Assembly: GCF_036588685.1 (NCBI RefSeq)
Contig: NC_086385.1
Location: 62,643,216-62,707,215, forward strand
Length of the DNA: 64,000 nt
From: Mytilus trossulus
Lineage: Eukaryota
Direction of reading: 5' to 3'
Shown: positions 1 to 10,650 of the stretch, one piece after another
How positions within the stretch are numbered: the stretch's first letter is position 1
Layout of the letters: the number at the start of each line of letters is the position of its first letter
Program-made: the position numbers and the translations under genes
Notes under the pieces: generated by a model
Databases searched by the model: none
The model's input: only the letters and a program-made list of their open reading frames with translations
Told to the model about the DNA's origin: nothing

Positions 1-952
1 CTTTGTAAGCAGAAAAATCTAATTCTAAAACTGTCGGGTGTAATTTTCAGTATGTATATTCCATAAACAACCGTCGATTAACATGCACGACAAATGCTTC
101 CATGCTAATACCACAGCCTTCTCGTATATAATCACAAATATTCCTTTTCCAACCATGCTTGCGTATTGTTATGCATTTACTTTTCTACATTGGCTAGAGG
201 TATAGGGGGAGGGTTGAGATCTCATAAACATGTTTGACCCCGCCGCATTTTTGCGCCTGTCCCAAGTCAGAAGCCTCTGGCCTTGTTAGTCTTGTATTTT
301 TTTAAATTTTAGTTTCTTGTGTACAATTTGGAAATTAGTATGGCGTCCTTTATCACTGAACTAGTTTATATTTGTTTAGTGGCCAGCTGAAGGACGCCTC
401 CGGGTGTGGGAATTTCTCGCTACATTGAAGACCTGTTGGTGACCTTCTGCTGTTGTTTTTTTATATGGTCGGGTTGTTGTCTCTTTGAAACATTCCCCAT
501 TTCCATTCTCAATTTCATTATCAGGGGTTGGTGAAACACTTTCATTCGTGGGTTCTAAACCTACGGAGAAAAAAGGCTCTGTCATCATCTGACAGTAGCA
601 GAAACGCCCTACATCTCCATTCATTACTCCAACATATCCCCCACAACATGAGTGTAACGTTGTTATCATTTATTAAATTAATATTATAAGATAATAAGGC
701 TCTATAAATTTGTGAAATCACAGTTCCTTTCTGATCTTTTCCTGCTTCCGTAAATATACTTTCTTGGTATTTTATGGTTAATCTTATTTCTATAACCAAA
801 AGCGATTCATTTCAAAGGTCCCGGGTACTCTCAGACCACTCCGTCTTCCTACACCTAAAAAACAAAAGACATGATATACCCAGTAGTGTTAAAATTTACA
901 TTAAACAAACTGCATGAAAATAAATCTAATTTTATGCATTGCATTTTCAGTA

Positions 953-2616
953 ATGACAGATACCGAGATTTGTGCCGGTTGTCTCAGAGTTAATGAAAGA
1001 GAGATTGCTGTCTCGTGGTGTAATGATTGTGGGGAACCAGTTTGTCGAACTTGTGATAAAGCCCATAGGAGATTTGCTGTACCTCATGACGTCATTGGTA
1101 TAAAAGATATATCCAACGTTAGCAAAGCCATAACCAAGGTTTGCAGAGAACATACTGGGCAGAAATTAATCTTTTTTTGCGTCATTCACGATAAAATTGT
1201 TTGTCATGTCTGTATATCTGAATCACACAAAGAGTGTGATATTTACCATATAGAGAAAGCTGCCAAGGGAATCAAGGATAGCTCAGCAATACATGATCTG
1301 AAACAACGAATATACAACCAGAAATATACCATAGAAAAGGTGAAGGAGAAATACCATGAGTTGTCCAGCAAGATAGACCAGGATAAGGAGCAGCAACAAG
1401 AACGTTTAGCCATTGAAGACCGTTTGAATCGACTGGAGAAAAATATAGATGACCATTACAACCAAGGCGGTGAAAAAGTATCAAGCAGCACAGAACATTT
1501 GAAGTCCCTAGCACAAACAGCCAATACTCACCTGCAAGATATTGAAAAAGCAGAAACAGAAGAGAGCGAAGAAAACTTATTCCATCTCGTGAAACTGCTC
1601 GATACCAGTCAGTTGTCCAATGAGGAAAATCTTCAGCTTTTAGAGAATGATATTAGCAATATGTCGTTACAGTTTATTCCTGAGAATTTCATTGAAAACA
1701 TTGACGCAATGTTGACAGAATTGTGGAAGGATTCTCAAACGACGTCGTTAAAAAGCCAACATAGTGTGAATAAGACCAGGCAGTCACAGTTACGCGTGGA
1801 TTTAGAGGAACAACAAAGTCTTGAAAAAACAGGAATTTATCATGCAGGAAAGTCCTCGAAATTTTATGCATGCTGCTTCAGCGAAGACAACAAGGTTGGA
1901 ATAATCGAAAAACAATCCGTTCGTGACGAGCATCCTAGTCCTTTTACTACTACAACTATATACTTGCGAATCATTAACCTGAAGGATTGCAAGTCACACG
2001 CTTTCCAACTTGACTGTAAATATAATTCTATATGTAAAGATACTATTTGCTGGTTCGATCGAAACAACATACTGATTGTTCAAAATGATAGTGTTCATAT
2101 TATTGACCTTGAATTAGAGGATATTTATCGTACAATTAACGTAATTAGGTATCACTATGGCCAGTATCCTGCAAATGGATAACTTGTATCGAAAGTCAGA
2201 TTCTGGTATTTTGTGATGATAAATGGATTACTTGGATAGATTGCAATGGGAAAAGTGTAAAAACGGTTGAATTTGAAGAGTATGTTAATGATCTAGATGT
2301 ATTTGATAATAAAATATACTGCACGTTCAAGCACTTACACGAAATCAAATACACAACGTTCACTAATGCTACTCAAACATGCTACACTAGCTTAGATCTG
2401 AGAAAAAGCTGTAGAATTGCAGCAGGAGATAATTTGATATTCCTCATGGAGAAGGAAAGAAACCCCATCTTTAGAATAGATCTGACGACCAAAAAACGTT
2501 CTACGTTCCATAAAGACGAGATCACTAACCCAACACATATACATTTTAATAATAAGACTAAAGAACTAGCAGTGACATTTGATAAAGGGAGCAGTTTCAA
2601 AATCTTTAGTGTATGA
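953..2616 (+). pseudogene. B-box/coiled-coil/beta-propeller (RING-less TRIM-like) gene, copy 1, frameshifted
   Basis: ORF 914-2182 has two B-boxes (CAGC..WCNDCGEPVCRTCDKAH; CREH..FFCVIHDKIVCHVC..H) and a coiled coil. Relative to the paralogue at 11577 there is a 13-nt deletion near 2150; the original frame continues open to TGA at 2616. The true start is probably ATG 953, just after the acceptor-like ttttcag (944-950). Confidence 0.85.
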
Positions 2617-3445
2617 AGTTATATGGAAATAACACAACTGATGCAGACAAAGTGTTGAAGTTGATTTTAAAATTTCACCGTTGGTTTTAGAAATTTTATT
2701 TTAGCGATTTTTTACAATTATTGTTGTGGAATGTAGACTGGTGTAATTCTTGAATCCGTCATTAACTAAATACTATATGTGCATTATAAATGTCTATATA
2801 TGCTTAAAAGATGACAGGCAGAAAGAGGACCAATTAAGAATTAATATTGATAATACGAAAGGTCAAATACAACACATATAAAATGTATTTATGAATGCTG
2901 TTTACAAAAATGGGGTTTGGAAATGAATTAATGATTTTTTGGGATATTTAAAAATAGTTTTAGTGATATGGAATATTTAAAACAAAAATTCTATTGGGAT
3001 ATTAAATGTAGAAATTATAGGGATATGAGATATTGGAACAAAAACATTAATGGGATATTAGATATTGATACCCCCTTAACAAATCTCTTAAGTCAATTTT
3101 AGCCGCATAACCATGTATAAGGTTTTGGTTGTACTGCAACACTGGCATTTCTTGTAACAGGAAATGCTACCCTTTTATACCTAGTTTGTTAGGTCTCCGA
3201 GAAATTAAATACGGAACACCACTGATACTTTAAGGAAAATGCATTACGAATAATCTCGTTCTTGTATCCTCTATTCCCATTCTACTCAAAGAGGAGTAAC
3301 TCTGTATATAATTACATGTATTTGTCTGTGTAAATCTTGTCAAAGTGGCTTGATTAAACAACGTTTCGTTCCCGAGGGGTATCACTAGCCCAGTAGTCAA
3401 CACTTCGGTGTTGTCATGAATATTAATTATGTGGTAATTTTTATG

Positions 3446-3999
3446 AAGGAGTAGTTCCAGTAAGACCCCTTTTTGGCTCCAAAATATACAGTTTTACAAA
3501 ATTGTTAAAATGTAAACTTTTAGTTATTATTGGACAGAAGAATGTTTCTGCTACATAAATATGGGCTATTTTTGACAATACAACGCACATATATCAGGTA
3601 TTAGCACCATTAAGTTATGCTAAATTACTGAAATCTTCACAATTTTAGCATTTTAGTTTAATTTTGGCCGCATTCGTGTTCATCCTTAATATTGAAAGGT
3701 AAGTTGTATTTGATGATAATACATAACATATATAAAGGTTGAGGATGAACAGGGATGCGGCCACTTTCAGTTTTGACAAAAAGCATCTGAAAAGTGACAT
3801 TTTTCTGCATATGTGGTAGATTTTTCATATTTTAGCTTGAATCAGATCGTTTTTAATGACTAATTCAGTTAAAATCTGTCACATAAACTAATTGAATCAA
3901 ATGAAATAGACACTTAAGTGTTTAAAAAGTGGTCTAAATCTTTCGTCAGATGAACCTGAAATTTGAGGCCAAAATCGATCCTTACCGGACCTTCTCCTT
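3446..3999. mobile_element. MITE (non-autonomous TIR element)
   Basis: Imperfect TIRs AAGGAGTAGTTCCAGTAAG / CTTACCGGACCTTCTCCTT. It splits a retrozyme unit. A truncated inverted copy lies at about 33458-33650. Confidence 0.7.
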
Positions 4000-4474
4000 T
4001 CCTATTATAAAATTTTCAAAAAACTAATGATTTTCTTATCCCAGGAATAGATTACCTTATCCATATTTGGCACAAATTTTTAGAAATTTAGGTCCTTAAT
4101 GCTCTTCAACCTTGTTTTGCTTTATACCTTTTTGTGCAGAGCGTTACTGATGAGTCTTATGTAGACGGAACCGCTGTTTGGCGCATAAATTATAATCCTG
4201 GTACCTTTGATAACTATCCACAACACTGGGTCGATGCCACTGCTGGTAGACGTATCGTCCCCGATGGTATCACCAGCTTAGTAGTCAGCACTTCGGTGTT
4301 GACGTGAATATCAATTATATGGTTATTTTTTTTTATAAATTTCCTGTTACAAAAGGATTTTCGTATCGCTGGAAACGATTATCTTATCCGTATTTCGCAC
4401 AACCTTTTAGAATTTTGGGTCCTCAATGCTCCTCAACTTTGTACTTGTTTGACTTTATCACTATTTAGATCTGA

Positions 4475-4518
4475 GGGTAACTGATGAGTCTTATTTAGAC
4501 GAAACGCGCGTCTGGCGT
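4475..4518 (+). ncRNA. Type I hammerhead ribozyme (core intact, stem I degenerate)
   Basis: CUGAUGA (4481) - GUCU/uauuu/AGAC stem II - GAAA - palindromic CGCGCG stem III - GUC cleavage triplet - UGGCGU. The 5' arm of stem I is gggtaa rather than the gcgtca seen at 13820. Confidence 0.8.
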
Positions 4519-7179
4519 ATTAAATTGTAATCCTGGTACCTTTGATTACCATTATCACCCTTTAACAATATAGTCCCTGGTACGACGGTGTATTACAGAC
4601 AAGTATTATTCATACGCTATCCCGATTTATTTTTTTATGTTTTGTGCCTCCAATAGTAAATAGGCAAATGAAATTGCACAGTAAAAAAAGGTCATGAATG
4701 TATGGGAAATGTAAGGGTTTGGTCCTGTTAAAAAGATAAAAAAATAAATAAATGTCACTTTCAAAGGAAAGACCACCTTCGACCTCAAAATGATTTATAT
4801 TTAGCGTTATAACTGATGGATTTTCTATCACTTTGATATAATTTGTCCAGAAAGTAGTTCACCAGACTGTAAAATTTTGTTGAGAAAAAATCTGTATAGG
4901 CTTTCTGATGGGACCTCGGGTAGGTACAAAAATACAGTACATTATACACATACAATATCTATATACCAGCTTTGATAGTGTTTGGTATAACAATATATAT
5001 GTTGTGATCTTACACTATTGTTTCAGATAATGGTGAAAGTTTGGTACCATGCATTTAAACGTTTAAACTTGCTGCAGTTGTTTGCACCTGTCCTAAGTCC
5101 GGAATCTGATGTTCAGTATTTATCGTTTGTTTTATGTGGTTCTTACGTGTTTCTCGTTTCTCTTTTTTATATAGATAAGACCGCTGGTTATCCCGTTTGA
5201 ATGGTTTTACACAAGTATTTTTTGGGATACATTATAGCTTGCTGTTTGGTGTGAGCAAAGACTCCGTGTTGAAGACCGTACTTTAACCTATAATGGTTTA
5301 CTTCTATGAATTGTAACTTGGATTGAGAGTTGTCTCATTGAAACTCAAACTATTTCTTCTTATATCTATATACAAGTCTTTCTTACATATTAACAAACTA
5401 ATTTATCATATAAGCCATTATAAGCATATTACCACTAATGCTATTTACCGAGAAAGTAATTATTAATTAAACTCAATTTTCATTTTGATTTCAACTTAAC
5501 GAATGTTATGTTTAGGAACGAAGACTATATATCAAGTTGTATGCCATTTAAAAAAAAGAGGGGTCTATGTACTTAAACATTGTACCAATAATCCGTTCAC
5601 ATAAAACTTATATGACCTCAACCTATTGTTTTTATAATTTGCAATTTCATAGTTTTCACATAACTTTCGTATCTAGCTATATATGATGGATAATAGCCTT
5701 AAACTACATGTACCAATCATCATTGTGTTAATTTTTAATGTTAAGATCAACCTACTGTTCTTACAATTTGTTTTAATGTTCACGTGTATGTTGGTATTTA
5801 GGTCCTCCGTAACCCCTCTAATGCTCATTCTGGCATATATCAATTATTTGTATACTCCCGTTTACGGAACGTATTATGATATACCGTTGTCCATCCGTCG
5901 GACAATAACTCAAAAATGCTTTAACCAATTTGCATAAAACAATAATGAACTGTTTATATCTATTGACGTGAGGTCCTTTTCGTTGTTTTTTGTTATGAAT
6001 TTTCTATTTTACGTTTCCAAGTTATGGGGTTTAATTCATTTTCACTTTCTTGTTTTCGGATAATAACTTAAAAATGCTTCCAACAATTTGCAAGAAACTT
6101 TGTGGAATTGCTTATATCTATTGACATGAGCTCCCTTTCGATTTTTACAAATTTTAAATTTTACATTTCCGAATTATGGGGTTTTAACCATTAAATCAAA
6201 GTACTTAAGTACTGAACATTGAATGACTGCAAGTTTTTGAGGATGTTCACAAGCACTTGTCTCAGAAAAAAAAATCGATTCTTGACCTGAAAGTGAGGTT
6301 AATGTAAAGATATATTTTTGTTTCTGATATTTTTCTGATTTTTATTCTGAAATACCAATATTGATAAAAGAAAAAAGGATAAATGAAACGTCACATATAG
6401 GCGTGAACATTTTTTACATTTAACTTAAAGTACTTACTAAGGGTTATTGATTGCAATGTATATCATGTTTATGATGTAGATTTATATATATTCTGGCGCA
6501 TGGTCAATAAACACTAAACAGAATGGGTTATATGTGTGCGTCTTTAATAAATTCAATTCATATTTCATATTATGACTTTGTTTGTGTTTATAATATATCT
6601 TTTAATTGCTAAATTTTAAAATCACTACACTATTATGCCCATAAATAGTTATCTATATTATATAAATGTTATTAATCAAATATTTTACCTAATTTGAAGT
6701 CAAATAAAACAATAGTATGTTTGTACTGGTTGTCTATGGCAACTTAGATCAAGTAGCAAGGTAAGCTTTTATTTTGTCTGTTGTCAATATTAAGATACCC
6801 CATTTACAATCATACTACTTCTCATTTTTACTATAATAGCAAGATCAACAAATTACTCATCATGACCGAAATGGTCAGTCGACTCATTATAGAACTGTTT
6901 ACTCAAATAAGATGATTGTTATCAACTCCTTGCGTTTTCTCAATCCTCAAACAAATAGACAGGAACTTTATGAAAAATGTTCCACTCATTTGCTCATTTG
7001 CTCATTTACAAAAAAAACAACCTTACAAAGAAAGCCTAGAATTCTATGTAAACAACAAAAATGACCATAAATATTTACAAGAGAGGAGACATATACCACA
7101 GTGACATTTTAAATCGAAAATAAACTGACAATGTAATGGCTAAAAAAAAGATCAACAGAAACAAAAAACACAACATATA

Positions 7180-8206
7180 CCGGTTGACTTTAGAAACGCA
7201 ACAATCATTTTGTAGATGTTATTTTCACCAAATCATGTTTGATCCGAATACAACTACTATACATGCTTATCATAATTCTTTCTCTTTCGAAAAAATCAAC
7301 ATCTGACTTACCTTTGGTTATTAAACATACCGAATCATTGAGATCGCACGAATTTCAGAAAGCAAAATTTCGAGCTAATAACAGATTTTTTTCATTTTGT
7401 TTTCTTTGTGAAACAGTTCTTTCAATCCTTGGCCACACTGAAATCAGTTAAAAAAATGTTGCATCCCCATATTGCAAATACTGAGTAATAAAAAACTGAA
7501 TCAACCCATTAGAATACTGCAAACCGGAAAACGTGAACGTGCTGCAACCAGAAAATTTGAAGTCAGAAACTCATCTTACTGTACTTTCGACAATGATACC
7601 GGTAGAAGATATTTGATGAAGACCATTAGTGACCAGATCAACATGTAGTGACAATGCAACGTCAATAGAATTTGAATACGCAACGTCATTTGCGAGACAG
7701 ACCTACGGCCGTGACGTCAACTGCTAATCAAATTACCGAATGCCATTTTGCACAGATTTATGCCTTAAATGTTTCCTATTAACTGAACTACCAAAGGATC
7801 GACTGCAGAAAAAAACATTCAAAGCCTTAAAGTTTCAACCGCATAATTGCCAAACCCATTGTAATGGATGGAACAACGGTAAATCAGAAAGTGAAAAACT
7901 GAACCCAAAACGTGCCGAACATTATTGGTTGATCTCTCTGATAATCATTTTGGCGTTTGTCACAGGCAGTTATTGCTTCTGACGGTTGCACGTTCATTGG
8001 TAAGGGTAAAACCATAGTTTCAGTGTATAGCACAATATTTGAACGTTAAAAATGACAAAATTAATTCAATTGTTGACCTGGCATTTTTGTTAAACATTGA
8101 AGTAATGAAAAAACTTTCTGTTCATAAGTTTGTTTACAAACAATTTAATATTTGAAAATGGGAACTACAAAGAATAATCTAGTGTTGCGTTTCTAAAGCC
8201 GGTCAG
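7180..8206. mobile_element. Tc1/mariner-type non-autonomous element
   Basis: Imperfect ~23-bp TIRs (..CTTTAGAAACGCAAC / GTTGCGTTTCTAAAG..) flanked by TA on both sides. Confidence 0.65.
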
Positions 8207-9915
8207 TATATATTAATTGCAAATTGATCAATAGAGCCAAAATTGTCAATCGACTCCTTATAAGAGTTATTGACATTAAACAACGATGTTTAGTAGTAGT
8301 ATCCAATACTGTATCATAAACATTTGAAAACTGTAAACTAAAATGAATTATGGGCAGTCAAATTAAAAAAAAAAAGCAAAAATGCTTAAATGTGCCAAGA
8401 TCTACAAATAAGTTAACAGACATGATCGGTTAACTCCCTACGGTTGTTATATCCACAAAGGACGATTATTTACCTTATTAACGTATTGGTCTTAAATCTA
8501 TAACAGAAAGAGAGAACTGTAAACAAAAAACAAATGACCATAAATACCTCAACAAACCATATAATGTAAGTCCACTTATTGGTCGACACCATTACTTTTG
8601 GAACTTATTTCCAGAAATTATAAAGCTCAGTTGTGAGTCCTGTTATCAATTGATTTTGTATCAGTTCATTTGTTTTGTCATTCTGTTGTTATCCTCCTAT
8701 AAATGATGTATATCCCGCGGTGTTGGTTTATCACCCAGATTTATTTTTGCTTAATCGATTTTTGACTATTGAAAAGTGGTATACTACTGTTGTTCTTAAA
8801 TATAACAAATGTTTCTATTTCTTAAATTTAACATTGATAGTTTAAGATACCGTTTTTTATTTTTTATTTGCCTTTAAGTGAGGGTTGAACAGTGGTGATC
8901 ATACTTTTGAGGGATGCATTCATATCTTTGATTTCCTGAAAATGTTTGATTATTTATTGTATTTTTAATGTAAATCTTTATCTTGATTGACGTGGTCTTC
9001 ATTTGGTTATTGAATAGAGTGGAATTTCGACGTTTGTTAATATTGAATTTGGATAATGCTGGATACGTATGTGAAGCGTGTAATGTTCTTTGAATATATT
9101 ATAAGTTGCAGTAGAATGTTGGCTTGCTAAGGATATAGGCTTTATTTTATTTAGGCCAGGTCGCATTATCCAAGCCAGATGTATAACTGTATGTTTCCTA
9201 ATTCTTTTATTTTGTGTTTGATGTTTCTCTCAAGCCTGTGAAGGGATTTTTTACATATCAACGAACTGTGTTTTCTGGATGTAAATGAAGATGTTTCCAG
9301 AAATCCCGTGCGTTACACCCAGTGGTCAAAATCCATTGGTCTTCGTAACAATAGATTTATTCAATTTACAGTTGTTTTAGAAATAGAAACTATAAAGTAA
9401 AACAATAGAACTGGGGTGTTAATTCCATTCTTCACAATTTCAGAAAAATGACAACATTTGCTGCGCTGTTTTGTTTTGCCACTTGCATATCTTATTCGCT
9501 GAAAATTAAACCTTTTCAATTAAAACGAAATCAAATCATTGACGATTGACTTTGTGGAGTCATTTAAAATCATTTCAATAAAATCTGCATATGATTCATA
9601 TACACATATCGACGTGTTATGTACCTTACCTGTAGTGAGGTTCTTTAATCGATATTTGTATTGTTGGTTAATGAACAAGGTAAGATGTTTAAACCTAAGC
9701 AAATTGATTGTTTAATATATTTATGATAAATATTAAAAGCTCGAATGTAAGATCACAACACTTTAAGCGGCGCTGTTCCTTTGCTGTTTATGTTTTCTGC
9801 TGTGCATACACTGACTTTTTGTCTTGAATAGTACCATTTATATTGTCTTTTCTACTTAACCAAATTAAATATGTACATGTCTTATGTCTATCTCTAGATG
9901 CACCTTCCGTCTTAA

Positions 9916-10475
9916 GGAGGCTCGCGGGTATAAAATTTTCAGAAAAAAATCAAACGTTTATTTTTTATTACAAATTTTATTTATTACCTTAAGAAGTTGT
10001 TACTTTATCATATGGTACAAAAATTATTCCAAAAAATCAATACGTGTTGGCCCCAGGTGACTTTTAAAATGTAGATATCATTGAAAAAGCTTCAAATTAT
10101 CTTCCCTTTACAAAAATGCCATTTTTTGGCATTAAAATTTAAATTTCTTTTTTAACTCATCGGTGACCTATATTTTTTATTGTTATTTTCGAAAGTGCTG
10201 TACATAAACTAAATAGTTGTAAAATTTTAGCCATTTCTGTAATTTAGTTCTTTTTTAATTTCTATATTACCGCTTTTTCTCCTATTAGTTCAACAGAAAA
10301 AAAGGACATTAGCAAAAATGTATGCTTTTTTCGAATGCAGATTGTGAGCGTAAATGAACGCTGACCCCCATTTTTTATTTAATTTTTCCATTAGGTATCA
10401 GATAAAGTCAATTTATAGAAAAATATAGCGAAATCTTATATTAAATAAAAAATTGATTTAGACCCGCGAGCCCCC
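9916..10475. mobile_element. MITE with TTAA-type target (Kolobok/piggyBac-like)
   Basis: TTAA-GGAGGCTCGCGGGT ... ACCCGCGAGCCCCC-GTAA. Confidence 0.7.
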
Positions 10476-10518
10476 GTAAGGTAACACTAGTAAGACTAAA
10501 GACATTATATTTTTATTA

Positions 10519-10650
10519 AGCGGATGTGGTCGAGTGGTATAGAGCGCTGGTCAGGAGGCTATGCGACTGATGCTGTTGTGTATTAAGATAAGAGATCAAA
10601 ATCCCCCTGAGGGATGGACAAAACTTTGTCAGCAGAAAAATCTAATTCTA
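10519..10650 (+). mobile_element. tRNA-derived SINE-like head
   Basis: A-box-like TGGTCGAGTGG and a degenerate B-box (gatcaaaatcc). No full cloverleaf. Confidence 0.5.

Larger units (their letters stand above)
3361..4550 (+). mobile_element. Tandem hammerhead-ribozyme repeat (non-LTR retrozyme / Penelope-like), about 2 units, interrupted by a MITE
   Basis: Repeated unit (ggtatcaccagcccagtagtc...ctgatgagtcttatgtagacgaaacgcgcgtctggcg...ggtacctttgataac) with CTGATGA cores at 4147 and 4481. The same family occurs at about 13575, 15730 and 17040. Confidence 0.8.

Noticed and set aside
376-799. Short minus-strand ORFs, and other ORFs under 120 aa antisense to genes or TEs
   Set aside because: No motifs. 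They lie in repeats or are shadows of real ORFs, and are not preserved between duplicates.
914-952. Signal-peptide-like N-terminus MKINLILCIAFSV (also 11538-11576)
   Set aside because: More likely translated intron end (ttttcag acceptor). B-box proteins are cytosolic.
10519-10650. tRNA gene
   Set aside because: Only degenerate A/B boxes and no cloverleaf; better explained as a SINE head.
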